Assembly: GCA_026770705.1 (NCBI GenBank)
Contig: JANJGN010000026.1
Coordinates: forward strand, 40,114,001-40,178,000
Source: Isurus oxyrinchus
Taxonomy: Eukaryota
DNA length: 64,000 bases
Direction: 5' to 3'
Position 1 is the stretch's first letter. Every line of letters starts with the position of its first letter. The translations under genes and the position numbers were made by a program. The notes beneath the pieces are model-generated. The model searched no databases. It was not told where the DNA came from and saw only the letters and a program-made list of their open reading frames with translations. Shown piece after piece: positions 23,438 through 37,403 of the stretch.

Positions 23438-25169
23438 NNNNNNNNNNNNNNNNNNNNNNNNNNNNNNNNNNNNNNNNNNNNNNNNNNNNNNNNNNNNNNN
23501 NNNNNNNNNNNNNNNNNNNNNNNNNNNNNNNNNNNNNNNNNNNNNNNNNNNNNNNNNNNNNNNNNNNNNCATCGCCCTTCATTCATGGACCTGTTCAATT
23601 GTGATTTGTGTCCGCCTTTGATGATTAGGGAAGTAGGAAGACTGATCCGTATTTACGACATTTCAATCCAACCTTATAATAGTGGAATTATTAACATCAA
23701 TGGAAATGAGCATGTACTGTGTCAAGCAATTGGACACACAAGAAGACTGAGCCAAATAATCTCACAATTTCTGCTAAAGACCAACGGCTGAAAATGGAAA
23801 ATAATAAACAGGCAAGTTATGCTAGTAATAAAATAAAAGTAACAGCATTCATAATATTCTTGCGTAATAATACTTCAGCAAAATCATGTAGCAATATTCG
23901 AGTAGAAATTAAGAATCATTGTTTTCCGTAGGTTATCACTGGATGTCGCTACAGCACTTCAGCTTTGACTAAACCTTGCAGAACTGTCAGCTTGCTGGTG
24001 TCACAGCGCTCAGATGGAGATTACAGGAAACAACCTTGTTCCGTGACACTTCACTTCATAAAATTCAGGGCAAGAGTTTGTACATAAGTTGCAGGTGTTG
24101 TGGCTAAGATGAAATAGACAATGAACTTTGGCCCAATGGCACCAGGTAGTCAGAAGAAAAAGGCGAGCAATTTCTTAATCTAAATTGTTGAAATATGTTG
24201 ATCATTTTGTGGCATAATGAATTGTTATTATTGACCACAAATCTGTTATTGATCACAAGTGATTGTACATTGCCGCCTTCTTCTGTTTAAATAACATTTC
24301 CTGCATTACAATATCAAATGTATCTGAGATTTTCTTGAGACTTAGCGCTTTCTGAGATCCGGAGGACTTAATGTTTGGGTGAAAAATTGGGGTGAATCTT
24401 TTAACAATCTCCGAGTGTGCACTACCAATTCTTTGTATGTGTGTGCGTGTGTGNNNNNNNNNNNNNNNNNNNNNNNNNNNNNNNNNNNNNNNNNNNNNNN
24501 NNNNNNNNNNNNNNNNNNNNNNNNNNNNNNNNNNNNNNNNNNNNNNNNNNNNNNNNNNNNNNNNNNNNNNNNNNNNNNNNNNNNNNNNNNNNNNNNNNNN
24601 NNNNNNNNNNNNNNNNNNNNNNNNNNNNNNNATGTGTTCCATTACGCATGTTTGATTATTTTGTATGTAGAGTACATGTGTGTACAAAGTACGAAACACA
24701 TCATCCTGAATGTTTGCAAAAGCATGTAACTTGTAGTATCACAGTGGGCCCTGCCTTATTTCATACTATGCATGGCAATGCCTTGGTTTACCATTCACAC
24801 AATCCGTTTTCAATTATTATTTTACTTGAGTGTGTCTCTGTTTATATAATGCAAGTCCCTTTCTCAGTTTTCAGTGCATGATGTCCACTTTTATATTTGA
24901 TTAGTTCCTATCTCTGTTATTGACTTATCAGATCTTGTCCCTATTACATTAAACCACATCAGCTTTGCTGAGATTAGATCTTATCCTGTCATTATGTCAG
25001 GACATATTTGGCTCATTTAATGTTGCGCTGGACAACCTTTTAGTTTCTATTACACTAGGTCTCTCCATGTCGCTGCTTACATTACACTAGACCTTGTCAT
25101 TGTCATTCTGTGTTTCAAACCTCCCAAAGCCATCCATACTCTCTCGCCAAGCATATGAAAATACGACCA

Positions 25170-25690
25170 TGGGACTTAGGAGCAGGAGTAGGCCATTCAG
25201 CCCTTGGAGATTAATCCACCATTCCATCCATTCCATAGCTGATCTGTTTGTGGCCTCAAAATTACTTTCCCATCTGCCCCTTTAGACATTAGTCTATCAA
25301 AAATCCGTCTAACTCATGGCATTAGCAGAACATAACTCCCCATTGAATACATTAATCGCGCAGCCTCCACAGCTTTCTTGGGAGGAGAATTTGACATATT
25401 AACGACCCTCTGAGAGAAGAACAAATCTCCTCATCTTAGTCTTAAAGGTAAGCCTTTTATTCCTAAACTCTTCCCCCTAGTTCTGGTCATTCCCACAAGT
25501 GTAAACAAGTATCCACCATGTAAAGGCGCACCACAGTCCCCCACAACCCCACACACCCACACGCCACTCCCACCCCCCACCACCCTCCGCCTCAGGACCT
25601 TATAGCTTTCAATAAGTTCACCTCTCATTCTTCCAAAATCCAATGGCTATTGATTCAAACTATTCACGACTTCTTGATAAGTTAAGCCCC
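25170..25690 (-). mobile_element. CR1-type LINE 3' fragment
   Basis: RMRGELIESYKVL...TRTRGKSL motif plus CR1-like 3' UTR. Confidence 0.7.
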
Positions 25691-26114
25691 TAACCACAAA
25701 TGGCGAAGAGCAGATGGATGCTTTTCAGTGATAAGAATGAGATTAGGGACCTGCTGCTGCCCAAATCTGCTGCAGCGTTTCTCATAAAACAGTTTATTCA
25801 CCGAGAAAGCTGGTGCGGGTGGCCTGAGGTCGCTAATAGTGCTGATTATAACCAGAAAGCAAAGGAGAAGATCAGTTGGTCATGGCGTGTATGCTGGATC
25901 TCTGTTAGTAATAGTTACTTGTTCTTAACAAAATGTCGCCTTTGTCTTTATTAAATCAACTTTTGAAATTCACAATTCAATGTGCGTCCAGCTCCCTTAA
26001 AGGCAGCAGAATCCAGGTCACAATTCACTGCTTCATAAACCACTTCCCATTCCATCAAATACTTTGTTTTAAATGTTAAGAGTAACTTTAGTGGAAATTG
26101 TGTCTGTGAAGTGG

Positions 26115-26140
26115 GAGGAAGAAAACAAGAAAGAGACTGA

Positions 26141-26180
<40 letters not shown>

Positions 26181-26263
26181 ATGGCAGGAAGGAAAAAATA
26201 TGGAAATAAAGGAAGGAAGAAGGGAAGGAAGAAATATAGAAATAAAGGAAGGAAGAAGGGAAG
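26115..26263. repeat. (GAAA)n/(GGAA)n microsatellite bordering an N-gap
   Basis: Direct reading. Confidence 0.9.
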
Positions 26264-27119
26264 NNNNNNNNNNNNNNNNNNNNNNNNNNNNNNNNNNNNN
26301 NNNNNNNNNNNNNNNNNNNNNNNNNNNNNNNNNNNNNNNNNNNNNNNNNNNNNNNNNNNNNNNNNNNNNNNNNNNNNNNNNNNNNNNNNNNNNNNNNNNN
26401 NNNNNNNNNNNNNNNNNNNNNNNNNNNNNNNNNNNNNNNNNNNNNNNNNNNNNNNNNNNNNNNNNNNNNNNNNNNNNNNNNNNNNNNNNNNNNNNNNNNN
26501 NNNNNNNNNNNNNNNNNNNNNNNNNNNNNNNNNNNNNNNNNNNNNNNNNNNNNNNNNNNNNNNNNNNNNNNNNNNNNNNNNNNNNNNNNNNNNNNNNNNN
26601 NNNNNNNNNNNNNNNNNNNNNGGATTCCCAAAGTGCTTTCCTGCCAATCCAGTCTTCCCCCAATGTAATGTGGGAAACACGTCAGCAAATGCGCACAGAG
26701 CAAGATTCCACAAATGTAATTGGAGAAATAATCAGGTCGCTGTTTTCAATGGTGTTAAATGAGGGAAAATTATTGTAGGAAGCTGGGAAAAGCTCTTCCT
26801 GCTCATTTTTGAAATTGGGGTACTGAGATTCCATCTGAGAGGGCAGATACTCTCAGTGGTTTCGTATCTCAACCAGGAAGGCAGCAACTGCAATAGTTCA
26901 ATATTCATTCAGGGCCACAGGGACACTGCCGGCACTGGAGTGTGGGCCTGACATCTCTCAAGTAAGAGAGTTACAGCCCAGGACTTTCTGGTTCTGGAGA
27001 TAGAGAGAGAGGAAGCGAGAGAGAGAACGAGAGGGAGAAAGAGAAAGAGTGAAAGAGAAAGAAAGAGAGAGAGAGTGCTGCTACATACTGAACCACTGTG
27101 TTGGAAGTGAATCAGTATG

Positions 27120-29581
27120 AGGATGTTTTAAAGTGTTTCAACTGTTTGAAACAACCAGTGGCCTTGGTGAAAGGACACATCAGCACCTTCTTCAGCTCTT
27201 CCCAGAACTTGCTCTGGGCCACTAACTGGAGCATATCGGTTGTCTCCTGAAGGATGTACCGCAGATCATTGAAATCCAGGCTGGTGATGTCGCGCTCACC
27301 TGTGATCCGAACGTAGAGGAAATGTAAGAGATAGATGGCCCACAAGAGGAAGAAGCTGAGCGAGATGGCAAAAAGCAGGACAATGGACCTCTTGCGGTTG
27401 GTGAAGACGTGTCTCTATGACACTTGGTGCCCCGGAGTCTTTTGCGGGCTCTGCTGGCCGCTAAGATGTGCCCAGTCAGGCCGTAGAGCAGCAGAATGAG
27501 GAGGAATGGGAGGAAAGGAGTTAAGATGTTTCAGCCAGTCATAGGCCTGCCAGATGGGCAAAGAGTAATAGGTGGACTAGAGGGCGCAGAACCAGGGAAC
27601 CCCGTCCGGGATGTACAAGGGCTGGTAGCTGAACTAGTATGGGATGTTCCTCACGCAGCTCAGGGCACTGACCAGTGCTATAACCGGCAACACAGTTTTC
27701 TCGGTGCAGTATCTGGCCTTTAGGCTCTGACAGCAGATGGCCATGAAACAGTTGATGGTGAAAGCCACAGTCAGCCAGGCTGAGCCATCCTGGGTGACAT
27801 AGACCAGCAGATTGCTGAGTGTGCATGCGGGAGTGGTGGACAGGACACTATCCTGAAAGTAGATGCGGCCGATCCGGCTGAGGATGGCGGCAGTGATGAT
27901 GACCAGGACGTCACTCACTGCTACCGCCACCAGGTAGCAGGTGATGCATCGGGAGAGTCTGCACTGTCCTCAGGATAAGATTACGATCCCCAACAGGTTG
28001 GCTGTGAGAGATCAGGAGAGAGAGATGTTACTGTGCAGAATCCAAACACCAACTCTGTCTCGTCCAATCAGTTACTGTACCCCCACGGGCCGCCCCTCTG
28101 CCATTTCTGGACTGCAGCTGTTTCAAAGCCTTTGGTCAATGTTCGGTATCCAATGCTGCATGAAACTTGTCAATGCAGACGGCATTTCAGTCGGACCCCG
28201 CCACAAATTCTGCTCTCTAGTCACTGAGTCGATCCCAAGGTCTCGCTATCCAAATTAAGATCATCCGAAAAATGTGCTACCGGTGGCCTAAGTCAAAGCA
28301 ATGCCCGTATTCCCATTAAGCCTTTGCTCGCTGACAAAGATTAGCTATCAGGCGGCAACGTCTCAGTTTTCGTAATCTCCCCCTTCCATTTTTGGAACCC
28401 CTCTGTTTCCTCACCTCTCCCAATCCCTGTACAACTATAAGTATCTGAGATCTCAGTGAACGTCCTATCCTGTTCTCTCGTGTATCCCTGAAATTAACCT
28501 TCCCATTAGTAGCAGTTCTGCCTGGAGCTGCTGAGGCCATCATCTCTTTAATTCCCTCTCTCAACGGCTGCCTTTCTCATTCCTTCTTTTGGACGTTCCT
28601 TACAACCAAAGTCTTTGGTCAAACTTTGGGTTAAATATCTCTTCCTGGCGTTCGGTATTACGTGTATTTTTTCAGGCTCCTGTGAAGCATCCCCACCATA
28701 CGCACTGCAGTGACTGAAGAAACAAGCACAACTCCACCTTTCACGTGAGAAATAAAAATGAGCAATAAACATTGAACTTGCTGGTTATACCCACACTCCG
28801 TGGATGAATAAAACATTTCATTATTCAAAATATGCAAAACCAGCTAACAAAAAGCAAAATACATAATAGGTCACCAATTTCTGACCTCCACTAACACCTT
28901 TCAAACGTTTCCATAATTAATTACTAAGGCTAGATTAGCAATCGGGATTGTCCAGTAAGCACTCACTGTACTGTAACTATTATATTATTTCACAGGTTGA
29001 AAAGTACATTAGTGTAATTACTAAACCTATGTTTATACTGCAATTCATCTAATATAATGATTTCACTCTAATTCGTTTTCTGATGCTGTAGTAAGATACA
29101 TGAACGAAAATATGTTACTACATTGTGGTATGCTATTATTCCACACAACACTTAAAACACTAGATTGTAATTGACGACCTCAAAATAAGCGTTCAGCGAT
29201 ATAACAGGTTTATGTTCATGCAAAGCCACACATTATAATTCATTTTTCAGCAATCCAGTAAACAGTATTCCTACAAAATCAATTGAATTGTACCTTGTAA
29301 TGCTGCACAATGCAAGTACAACATATGCTCTATAATTCGCCATAACACAGTTTAATCCCATATAAGGTATCGGAACCTGGTTGAGAACCTTGACACTCTG
29401 ATAGCACTGAATATTAGAGAAAAAAATGATCCCAACCCTGAAAGGGACGAGACAAACTTTCTGTGGATTTGTAAAAAAATCATAAATAACTTATCTGTGA
29501 TCCAGCACTTACCAGAGGCACCAATAACAGCGAGAATGGGATAGCAAATGCCAAAGAAGAGGCTTTTACTGGCCCGTGCAT
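27120..29581 (-). pseudogene. GPR139/GPR142-like class A GPCR pseudogene (exon 1 29581-29513, exon 2 28001-~27120)
   Basis: Exon 1 MHGPV...(frameshift)...YPILAVIGAS|GTAAG. Exon 2 NLLGIVILS*GQCRLSRCITCYLVAVAVSDVLVII...SAWLTVAFTINCFMAICCQSLKARYCTEKT...NRKRSIVLLFAISLSFFSLWA...QSKFWEEL, with stops and the TM7 region apparently deleted. Confidence 0.85.
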
Positions 29582-32316
29582 CGTCTCTCAGAAAAGAAAG
29601 TGATTCCCGAAACTGTGCACTTTAGTTCTGCGACGCATTCAAAGCCTCCTTCACTTATTCCGAATGAAGTCTCCAGAGGCAAAATTAAGTTACAACATAC
29701 ATCTTAGTTGCAGTTCAGTAAACAAACAGATCAGCCCACGGTTTTATGCCTCCCATTCGTAACATTGGCAAGGTGCATGATGCCATTATACAAGTGGGTG
29801 AATTGTTGGCTGCAAATTCTGCGGTGCCCCCTCTCCACAAACCAGGCCTTTGCGTCTACATCAAGTGGAGCTCCTGATGGAACGTACTGACTTGGTCCTA
29901 TCTCCCAGCAAAACACTTTTCTTCCGATGATTGCCACTATGCTGGGCGGGGCTTGAGTGTGATGATTCACCCCTCTATCACTGTCTCACACCACTTTCTC
30001 AAACTATAATACTCGTGACATGCAAGGCAACTGTTGAAAGCTTTCCATATTGCAAAAACAGAAAGAGAATTAATGTATGAGAATGCACCAGAGGAAGTGG
30101 GAGATTAAAAATAAAGACTGCCATAGGGAAAGAAGAAAAACGAAAGGAAAGAGTGCAGATATAGAGTATAAGTGAACGAAAGAACGAATGACAGAAATTA
30201 AGCAAGATAACGCCTGGTGTTTGTCATTATGTGCCTGCTGTTTCTCACATTACGACACATTAATTCTCGGATGACTGGCATTCAGTGCAGATTTCCCGTT
30301 CCCACTAATAAGGTGATAGTGAGCAGCCTTCATGAATCACTGCAGTCCGCATGCCAAAGGTGTAGCCACAGTGTCTTTAGCACGGGTGTTGCAAAATTAG
30401 ACCCCAGGGTCAATGGAAGACCGGCAACATATTTACAAGTTGGAATAGGATAAGGTTTGGAGGGGATAGCGGCTGTTAACCCTGGCACCCGCTGCCCTTC
30501 TGAGTGATTGAGATCATTGGTTTGAAAGATACTTTCAAAGAAGGCTTGATGTGTTCCTGCAGCCCATCCTCTGGACTCCACATACTCAAGCCACGCTTGG
30601 GAGTTTGGAGGTGAGCCAGTCGACGCAGATCATCGAGCTGTGGCGTGCTATTGTGGGAGGCTCAGTTCAGGTTGTTAACGGTGGAGAATTCACAGTAGGT
30701 CATACCATTGAATGCAATGTGGAGGTGGTAGTGTTGCCACTAATTCAAGTAATCAATGTCACCTCAGATGATTGTGTTTTAGCAGATTGCTAATAAATGG
30801 GGCCGTTCGATGTGTCAGGTAAATGGAATTCTTTTCTCGGACCAGAGTCTGGAGAAATGAGACAGGAGAACGTACTGAATTATACTTACTGCTCCCGATT
30901 AGCTATTAGATTACTATAAGAATTAAGTTCATACTGGCCTGGACCCTCCATTTGTTATCACTGCACGGTTAAAACCATTCTTCTGTTTATATTTCACGAG
31001 ACTCTGTCTCACTTGCTGGTGCACAAGGCCAGCTCCTCTTGTAATACGTGTTTCCCAGTCGCTGTTATTTGTGCGTTTCTCTCTATACAACACGGGCCTC
31101 TTTCTCATTTAAAAAACACGAGGCACGGCTTCCGTTATTACTGCAGTGGATGAATCATTTGTTTATATCACAGAAGAGCTGGCCTCAATCATTCCAGCAT
31201 TGAACTCGTTTCGCTTTCGGTGGCACCAGATCCTGCCTGAGTTATTTCTGCTGCAGAATATCTTTCTGTTTAGATCATTGACAAATTTGTCTTTAATTGT
31301 GCCACAAAATTCGATTCTGGTGGGATTCGAATCGAACTCACAACTTGCAGGTGTCTTTAGTAGTAGAGGCTAGAAGTCCAACACGCTGCCCGTTGTGCCA
31401 CAGAGCGGATAGTAGTAAGGAGTGATCGCTGATTGTATAAGAATATCCTTTTGTTTTAGAATATTTTTATATTATATTGGGCCCTGCGCCAGATTTACTG
31501 CGAAATGACATGTAATTATTTATATTTCGTCAGATACTGTGTGGAGATTAATATTACACTAGACCCTGTGTCTGCTTATATTACACCAGATCATCCCCCT
31601 CGAACACACGAGTGTCTGCCTAGTGCAATGGAAATATGTGTAAAAAGGGAAATTCGGTCTCTTGGCGAAGAAGGTCGCCATCTTGCACTGAAAATATGTC
31701 AAATGCGATCCGTTTCGATGCGCTTAGCGTTCATTGTAGCCTGTTTTAATACGGCATCAGAAGGACTCAAGTGAATCGTCGCCACAAGAAACTTAAACAT
31801 AATTGTTCATCCCACTTCACTAGCAGAGACATATTGGTTTCTTTCTTCATTGCCGGTTTCTTGTTAAATAAATTTACAATTTCCCACTCTACCGCACTTA
31901 ATTCCGCTTGATCTCTTACCTCTTTGTTTGCTCTGAGACACTCCGCTGAGTGAAATTCACTAAGTAAGTGGACATGGTTGCGGATAGAATTCTGAGTCAT
32001 TTCAGATAAACTCCGCGGCCTGTAGCAAGTGATCTTCTTGATATTTGACTTAGCGAGAAACCAATTCGTGGAGCACACAGTGGGACATCATGTCATATTG
32101 CTACTGCTCATCACTGCAGATCGGATTCTGCAGTTTGTTTTATACTCCCTGGCCGCTCCCGGGAACAGTTGGGTGACAGTTTGATCCGAGGTTAACGTGG
32201 TTTCCTCTCGCTGTGTGTCTGGGCGGCTGACAGCGCCGCTGCGCATTGTAGCTTCATCTACCCGCGATTCTACACAAACCCCAACAGACAGGAGCTCCCA
32301 CTAACAGTGCGGAGGC

Positions 32317-32355
32317 AGTTTTTGTACAGGGGTGAGATTGATTTTCAACACTGTG
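32317..32355 (-). other. 23-RSS of V 32356-32820
   Basis: CACAGTG + 23 bp + ACAAAAACT. Confidence 0.95.
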
Positions 32356-32820
32356 AGTCTGAAAGCGCAGTAATAGACGGCAGCGTCAGTCAGCTGCAGA
32401 CCCGAGATGGTTAAGCTGATAAATTTAGCGGCGGTCAGGAGCCCTGCAGAGAAGCGACTTCTCGCAAATTCTGCCTTTCTTTCATTGTCATTGGTATCCT
32501 TCAACAGTACAAACTGGGGCTCTGTGTCTGGGTGTTGTCGGTACCAGTATAACATATAGCTTCTCCTTGTAGTATCATAGTTACAGTTTAAAGTCACCTC
32601 TTCTCCTTCTGTCTTGACATCTGACGAGAGTAACTGAGTGACAGAGTCCCCATGAGTCCCGTCTGGAAAACAATTTATGAAAACAGAAAGGTTAAGACGA
32701 CAGCTGATTGAAATCTGATTGAAACCATGCCTGGAAAATGAGATAAATATGAAATGTATTCCCTTCACGATTACCTGTCAGAAATGCTGCCCACACAACC
32801 CAGATGCTGAATAGCCGCAT
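32356..32820 (-). CDS. Intact TCR alpha/delta V segment (leader 32820-32775, V exon 32662-32356)
   Basis: MRLFSIWVVWAAFLT|GTAATC ... CCAG|DGTHGDSVTQLLSSDVKTEGEEVTLNCNYDTTRRSYMLYWYRQHPDTEPQFVLLKDTNDNERKAEFARSRFSAGLLTAAKFISLTISGLQLTDAAVYYCAFR. Confidence 0.95.
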
Positions 32821-34599
32821 TGTCGCTGTCCGCCCTGTCAATGGGCTGCTCGTTATTTAAAGACACCCTTTCTAATCCCCGCCCTCAAACATCCGACGCA
32901 GGATGTTTACACCTCACTTCCTGGGTTCTCTGTGGTGCGGCGAGACTGGCAGGCTTTGAGAGAGCAGACAGTAACTTCAAGCGCCCTGACCTGGATTACA
33001 CTCAGTATCCTTACAGAGGAAATGGATCCGGATTTCGAGAGCGGTGTTGGGGAAGCAATCCTTCCTGATCCGCTGGAGTCCAACTGGACGTTATCAAGAT
33101 GGAGATAGAACAGTATAATGTTTCCAGGATTTCCGATGATGCAGATTTATGCTGGACATTAAGCTATCAGGAGGTTGAAAACGGTGTGGGGTGGTTGGGT
33201 GTCATTGCACGAAAGTGGTAGACAATGGAACATATTCTCGAAAAGGTTATTCTCCTTGCCAAGAAGAATAGGGGAAATGAAGGACTGCTTCTCTTTTTGA
33301 AATGGTGAAATCTATTACATGTCAGTGTTAAATGTTTTAACTCAATTCTCCGGGGCTCCCTCTCTCTTCTTCCTCAAGAGTTCCCTTACACATGCCCAGA
33401 TGATACTCCTCCCTCACTCTCACTGACCATAATTACAACATGTTCATTATTCCCTGTGTGTGTGAAAGATATCTCGATATTGCATTTTGAGCTCTTATAT
33501 GTTTTATCAATGTGCTCCAGTTTTATTTCAAAACTTCCATTTAGAATAATGTTGTAGGCTATGTTATCACACAGACACTGCCTGATACGACTGCATTGAG
33601 GCACTGGGATGTGATGGTGATTGAAACAACTTTTAATTCGTTCTTCAGAAGTGAACACAGCCGGCATGGCCAAGACTAAACTCGCATTGCGAAATGTCAT
33701 TGAGACGGTGATAGTAAGTCTCCTTGTCTGTGCTGTGGATACACACACGGTCCTATGCTTCTGTACAGCCTTGATTCAAATGAGTGGTGTGCGAGGAAAT
33801 TTCCGGGCACGGTAAAGAAGCAATCTCATCATTGTCAATTTGCAGTCACATGTGGGCCGGACCACGTAAAAGTGACTGATATCCTTTTCTGAAGCAGTAG
33901 TGAACCAGGTGCGGTTTTACAACAATGTGATACTCCCATGACCTTAGTTCACTTTGATCTTCAGAGTATTAGTTCTCTGTATTACGCTCAACAGCAGCAA
34001 TCTCACTATTCTACCACTTCGCATTTTGCTCAGCTGACTGTTGCAGGACACAAGGACTAGGGTCTGTCCCCTGGGTCTGGACCTTTCAAATGAATCAGCA
34101 TCCGAATGCTTTGATATCAGCCAAGCATGTCGCAAGAAATCATTACCAGTTGTACATGTATTAAATCTGACTCGTCTTGGCCCAGCAATAGCTTCTGTTG
34201 TTTGTTCCCTCTGCCTGTCCCGCATTGCCTGCTCTGATATCAGGAATATTTCTGCTGGTGTTCCTTTTTGGCATCGTCTGGATGAGCAGTCCAGTGGGAC
34301 GGGTAAATGCATCACTTCACCGAACGAGGACATCCTGGAGAGTTCCAGAGTCAGGAATTATTCTGCAGAACTGTGCAGCGCCGGTCTTCATTATTATTTC
34401 ACTTCTCATTATGTTTTGCTGCCGAATAGAAATCTACTCTCCCACTGACTGAAGTAATGTGGATATTATAGTTTGTAATCGGGTGCTGATGGTGGTGGGT
34501 CTAACTCATTGCCTATTCACCCTCCTTCCCAACGTGTTTTGAATCTGATGTACTTTTTTAACACGTGCGCATCTGATCTACTCGTTCTGAGCTTGATTT

Positions 34600-34915
34600 C
34601 GGGATCGGGGTCATGGAGATTCGCTCATACTGCCCCTGCCTTCAAGGATTAACATGGAAGAAGCGGGTGTAGCTTTAGCTTATACCCATAATAATGTTTA
34701 TGTCAACAGGTATTGTTTCCATTGGTATCGGCCACAAACCGAAACCCAACCCAAGTTTACCATGTTGAAATTTACTGGCGGTTATGAAGAGAAAACAGAT
34801 TTTGAGGGGAAAATGTTTTTCTGCAGACCTCAACAGCTTGGAGAAATTGTTCACTTCGCCCATCCCGAGTGTGCAGCTGACCGACATTACAGATTGAAAG
34901 TGCTCACTGAGACTT
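34600..34915 (+). pseudogene. TCR V pseudogene (family of V 32356)
   Basis: HGDSLI...YCFHWYRPQTETQPKFTMLKFTGGYEEKTDF, then frameshifted VQLTD-like; first Cys lost. Confidence 0.7.
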
Positions 34916-35049
34916 TCAGCAACATCCCCGTCATGAAATTGCCCTCGCCTTGTAGAGTACGTGCTCTATCAGTTCACGTCAATTGCAACAGTGCTTAGCT
35001 GTGAAAACCATGCCGTCTTCTTAAGTTCAATTTCAATTACCAGCCCCGT

Positions 35050-35860
35050 CTTGTCTTTGAACAGCGACCAACAAAGCCCCATCGCCAGAACTTTCCAACA
35101 AGCAGCAAGATGTAGCTTGGCTGGTGATGAAAAAGGCCCTCCCCGTCAGATCCTTCCAGCACTCCATGAGTCTCATCCCATCTGCAAGCTGCCCTCGAGG
35201 TGACTGGCGAGGAGGAGACGGTTGTTCACCTCCTTGTGGAACGCATGTTTGCTAAGAAGGCCTGGAGAGAGGTGCAGTGATTTTTGTCGAGGTTCATTTC
35301 GAGCAATGCTGTGACACAGGACTCTGTGCTCCACGGGCTCTTCCCAGGGACACACTCCGAGACAAACATCAACTGCAGCCGGGGGATCATCAACTCGGTG
35401 AAAGCCGCTCTTTGGTCTGCCTGAAACCTGCTGGTCTTCCAGTGCAAAGAGTTGTCCCTGACTGAATGTTGCAGGCTGGCACATTCCAAAGTCCAGTAAG
35501 GGATGCACTAACGTTTGGGACAGACGCCGCAAGTGCGCAATTGGGGAAAAGGAATAGACTGCTCAGGCTGCACGGCTCACAATGAATGTATGCAGTGAAA
35601 GCAACATGTATCATTATTGTATTGAAGCAACTCAAAGTGCAACATGATGTATGTTGATAACTCCAATGCCATTGCACTGTCTGACTGTCTGTAATGGCCA
35701 CATTGAAATGTCTACAATGTTCATTGATTGTATTGAAGCACCTTACGATCTGTGTGGAAAACTGGAATAAGATGGCACTTTTAGTGATGGCCATTTTGAA
35801 ATGTTTTGTAATGTTCGCTTATTAGCATTTAGGAATAAAGTATATTTTTGCAAAAAAGTA
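35050..35860 (+). mobile_element. L1/Tx1-type LINE 3' fragment
   Basis: C-terminal zinc-knuckle-like CPR...ETVVHLL...AWREV...SVLHGLFPGTH...INSVKAALW; AATAAA and A-tail near 35835-35857. Confidence 0.7.
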
Positions 35861-36915
35861 ATAACCCGCTTTCTCTCTGCTTGCTTTGGAAACGTTTACA
35901 GCGAGTCGCCTCTCGAAGGCAGTCGCAGTTCACAGTATAAAAACAAAGAATTATGGCCATCCTCATCGGATCGAGAAGCATCGGCACATAGCGAATCAAA
36001 AATAAGGTTTCATGTCCGTCACATTTCAGCTGAACTCAGTCTGAGGAGCTGCTGATTTCTGGTGAAAGGTCACAGACTGGAACCTCCGCTCTGTTTCTGG
36101 TTGCATTGCATTTTCTGTTTGTGTTTCGAATTTTGTTAACTTTCTGCTGGGAGACACAAGAGAAGAGGGGGAAATATCACCTGAAGGACAATCACATGCC
36201 CATTCTTTTAGACAACTATTTGGTTACAATTTGGGACGAGAGTAAATATGCCTACGTTGGGGACACGCCAGTTTAAGGACGGATTTTACTGTATAATTAT
36301 ACTAGTGTTGTTTAAGAATCATCAGACAAAGGCATAAGTAAACACTCAGGATATCTCTCAGTTCCCTGGGACACAATCAGACAATGAAGCTCGCCACGTA
36401 GCAAAGACTGCACTGAACAACTACCCACTCAGTCCGACAGTAACTGCTGTGACTGTCAGTATCTCTGATGAAAGACCCTCTCTAATGGGATTTATAGGAC
36501 ATCCCCCAGCAGCCCTGCCTGTCTCCCCCATTGGGGCTGAGGAAGGGGCAGAGGGGCGAATTTCCAAACACAAACCCTATCCAGGTCAGTTCCCCCCAAC
36601 CCCCAAACCTTGTCTCCTCCTCCTTTCACCTACTGAGTGATATTCTGAGTGATGAGATCAGACGGTGTGGGAGGAATTGGGAAAACTATATTTGACGAGT
36701 CAGCACTCGTGCTGAAATGCTGTTAACCAGTTAAGGCATTCGCTACTTTTTATTGGAAATGAATTACAAGAGGTACTTCCCCTTCCCCACCAACCCACCA
36801 CCCACTCCCATCCCCCACCACTTCCGTTATAGCTTTCCTTACAGCAGTTTCTTAATTTAACAGATTGCAACAATAAACATATCTGCTATTCGAAGAGATT
36901 GTTACTGAGGATATA

Positions 36916-37403
36916 ATGAGGCTCATGCCGCATCGTCATCTGGTTATATTGTCGCTGGTGTTTGGTAGGTGCAACCATATCATTTTATCCGTTTGCAGTA
37001 ATGCAATGTTAATAGACTTTTCAAATCAGTATTGCATTCAGCTTTTCCTTACGTTTAATTTCAGGTGTGATTCAGGCAGATTCTGTGTCCTAACCTCATA
37101 ACACACTGAATATTACTGAAGGAGGTAGTATGAAAATAGACTGTAGCTACACAACAAATCATGGTAATCCAGATCTGTACTCGTACAGACAGCACACGAA
37201 CCAGGCTCCTCCTTTCATTTTGTATCTAGATATAACTAATAAAAGCGATGCAGATTTTGCCAAAGGGAAATTCGAGGCCGGCCAGACTGACGAAGGAAAG
37301 GAGTTTCCTTTAACGATCACTCAAGCGGAAATCAAGGTCATCGCCGTATATTTCTGCATGCTGAGCAGTTGGTTTAAAACACATCTTTCGCTGTACAAAA
37401 ACC
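36916..37403 (+). pseudogene. TCR V pseudogene
   Basis: Leader MRLMPHRHLVILSLVF|GTAGG; exon GVIQADSVS*...KIDCSYTTNHGNPDLYSYRQHTNQAP...FPLTITQAEIKVIAVYFCML; early TAA, Trp to Ser, heptamer lost, nonamer ACAAAAACC 37395-37403. Confidence 0.88.

Noticed and set aside
23143-26778. Long ORFs containing X runs (also 55912-56446)
   Set aside because: Artefacts of translating through N-gaps and microsatellites.
32076-32082. Isolated CACAGTG heptamer
   Set aside because: No nonamer at 12 or 23 bp and no convincing V exon upstream.
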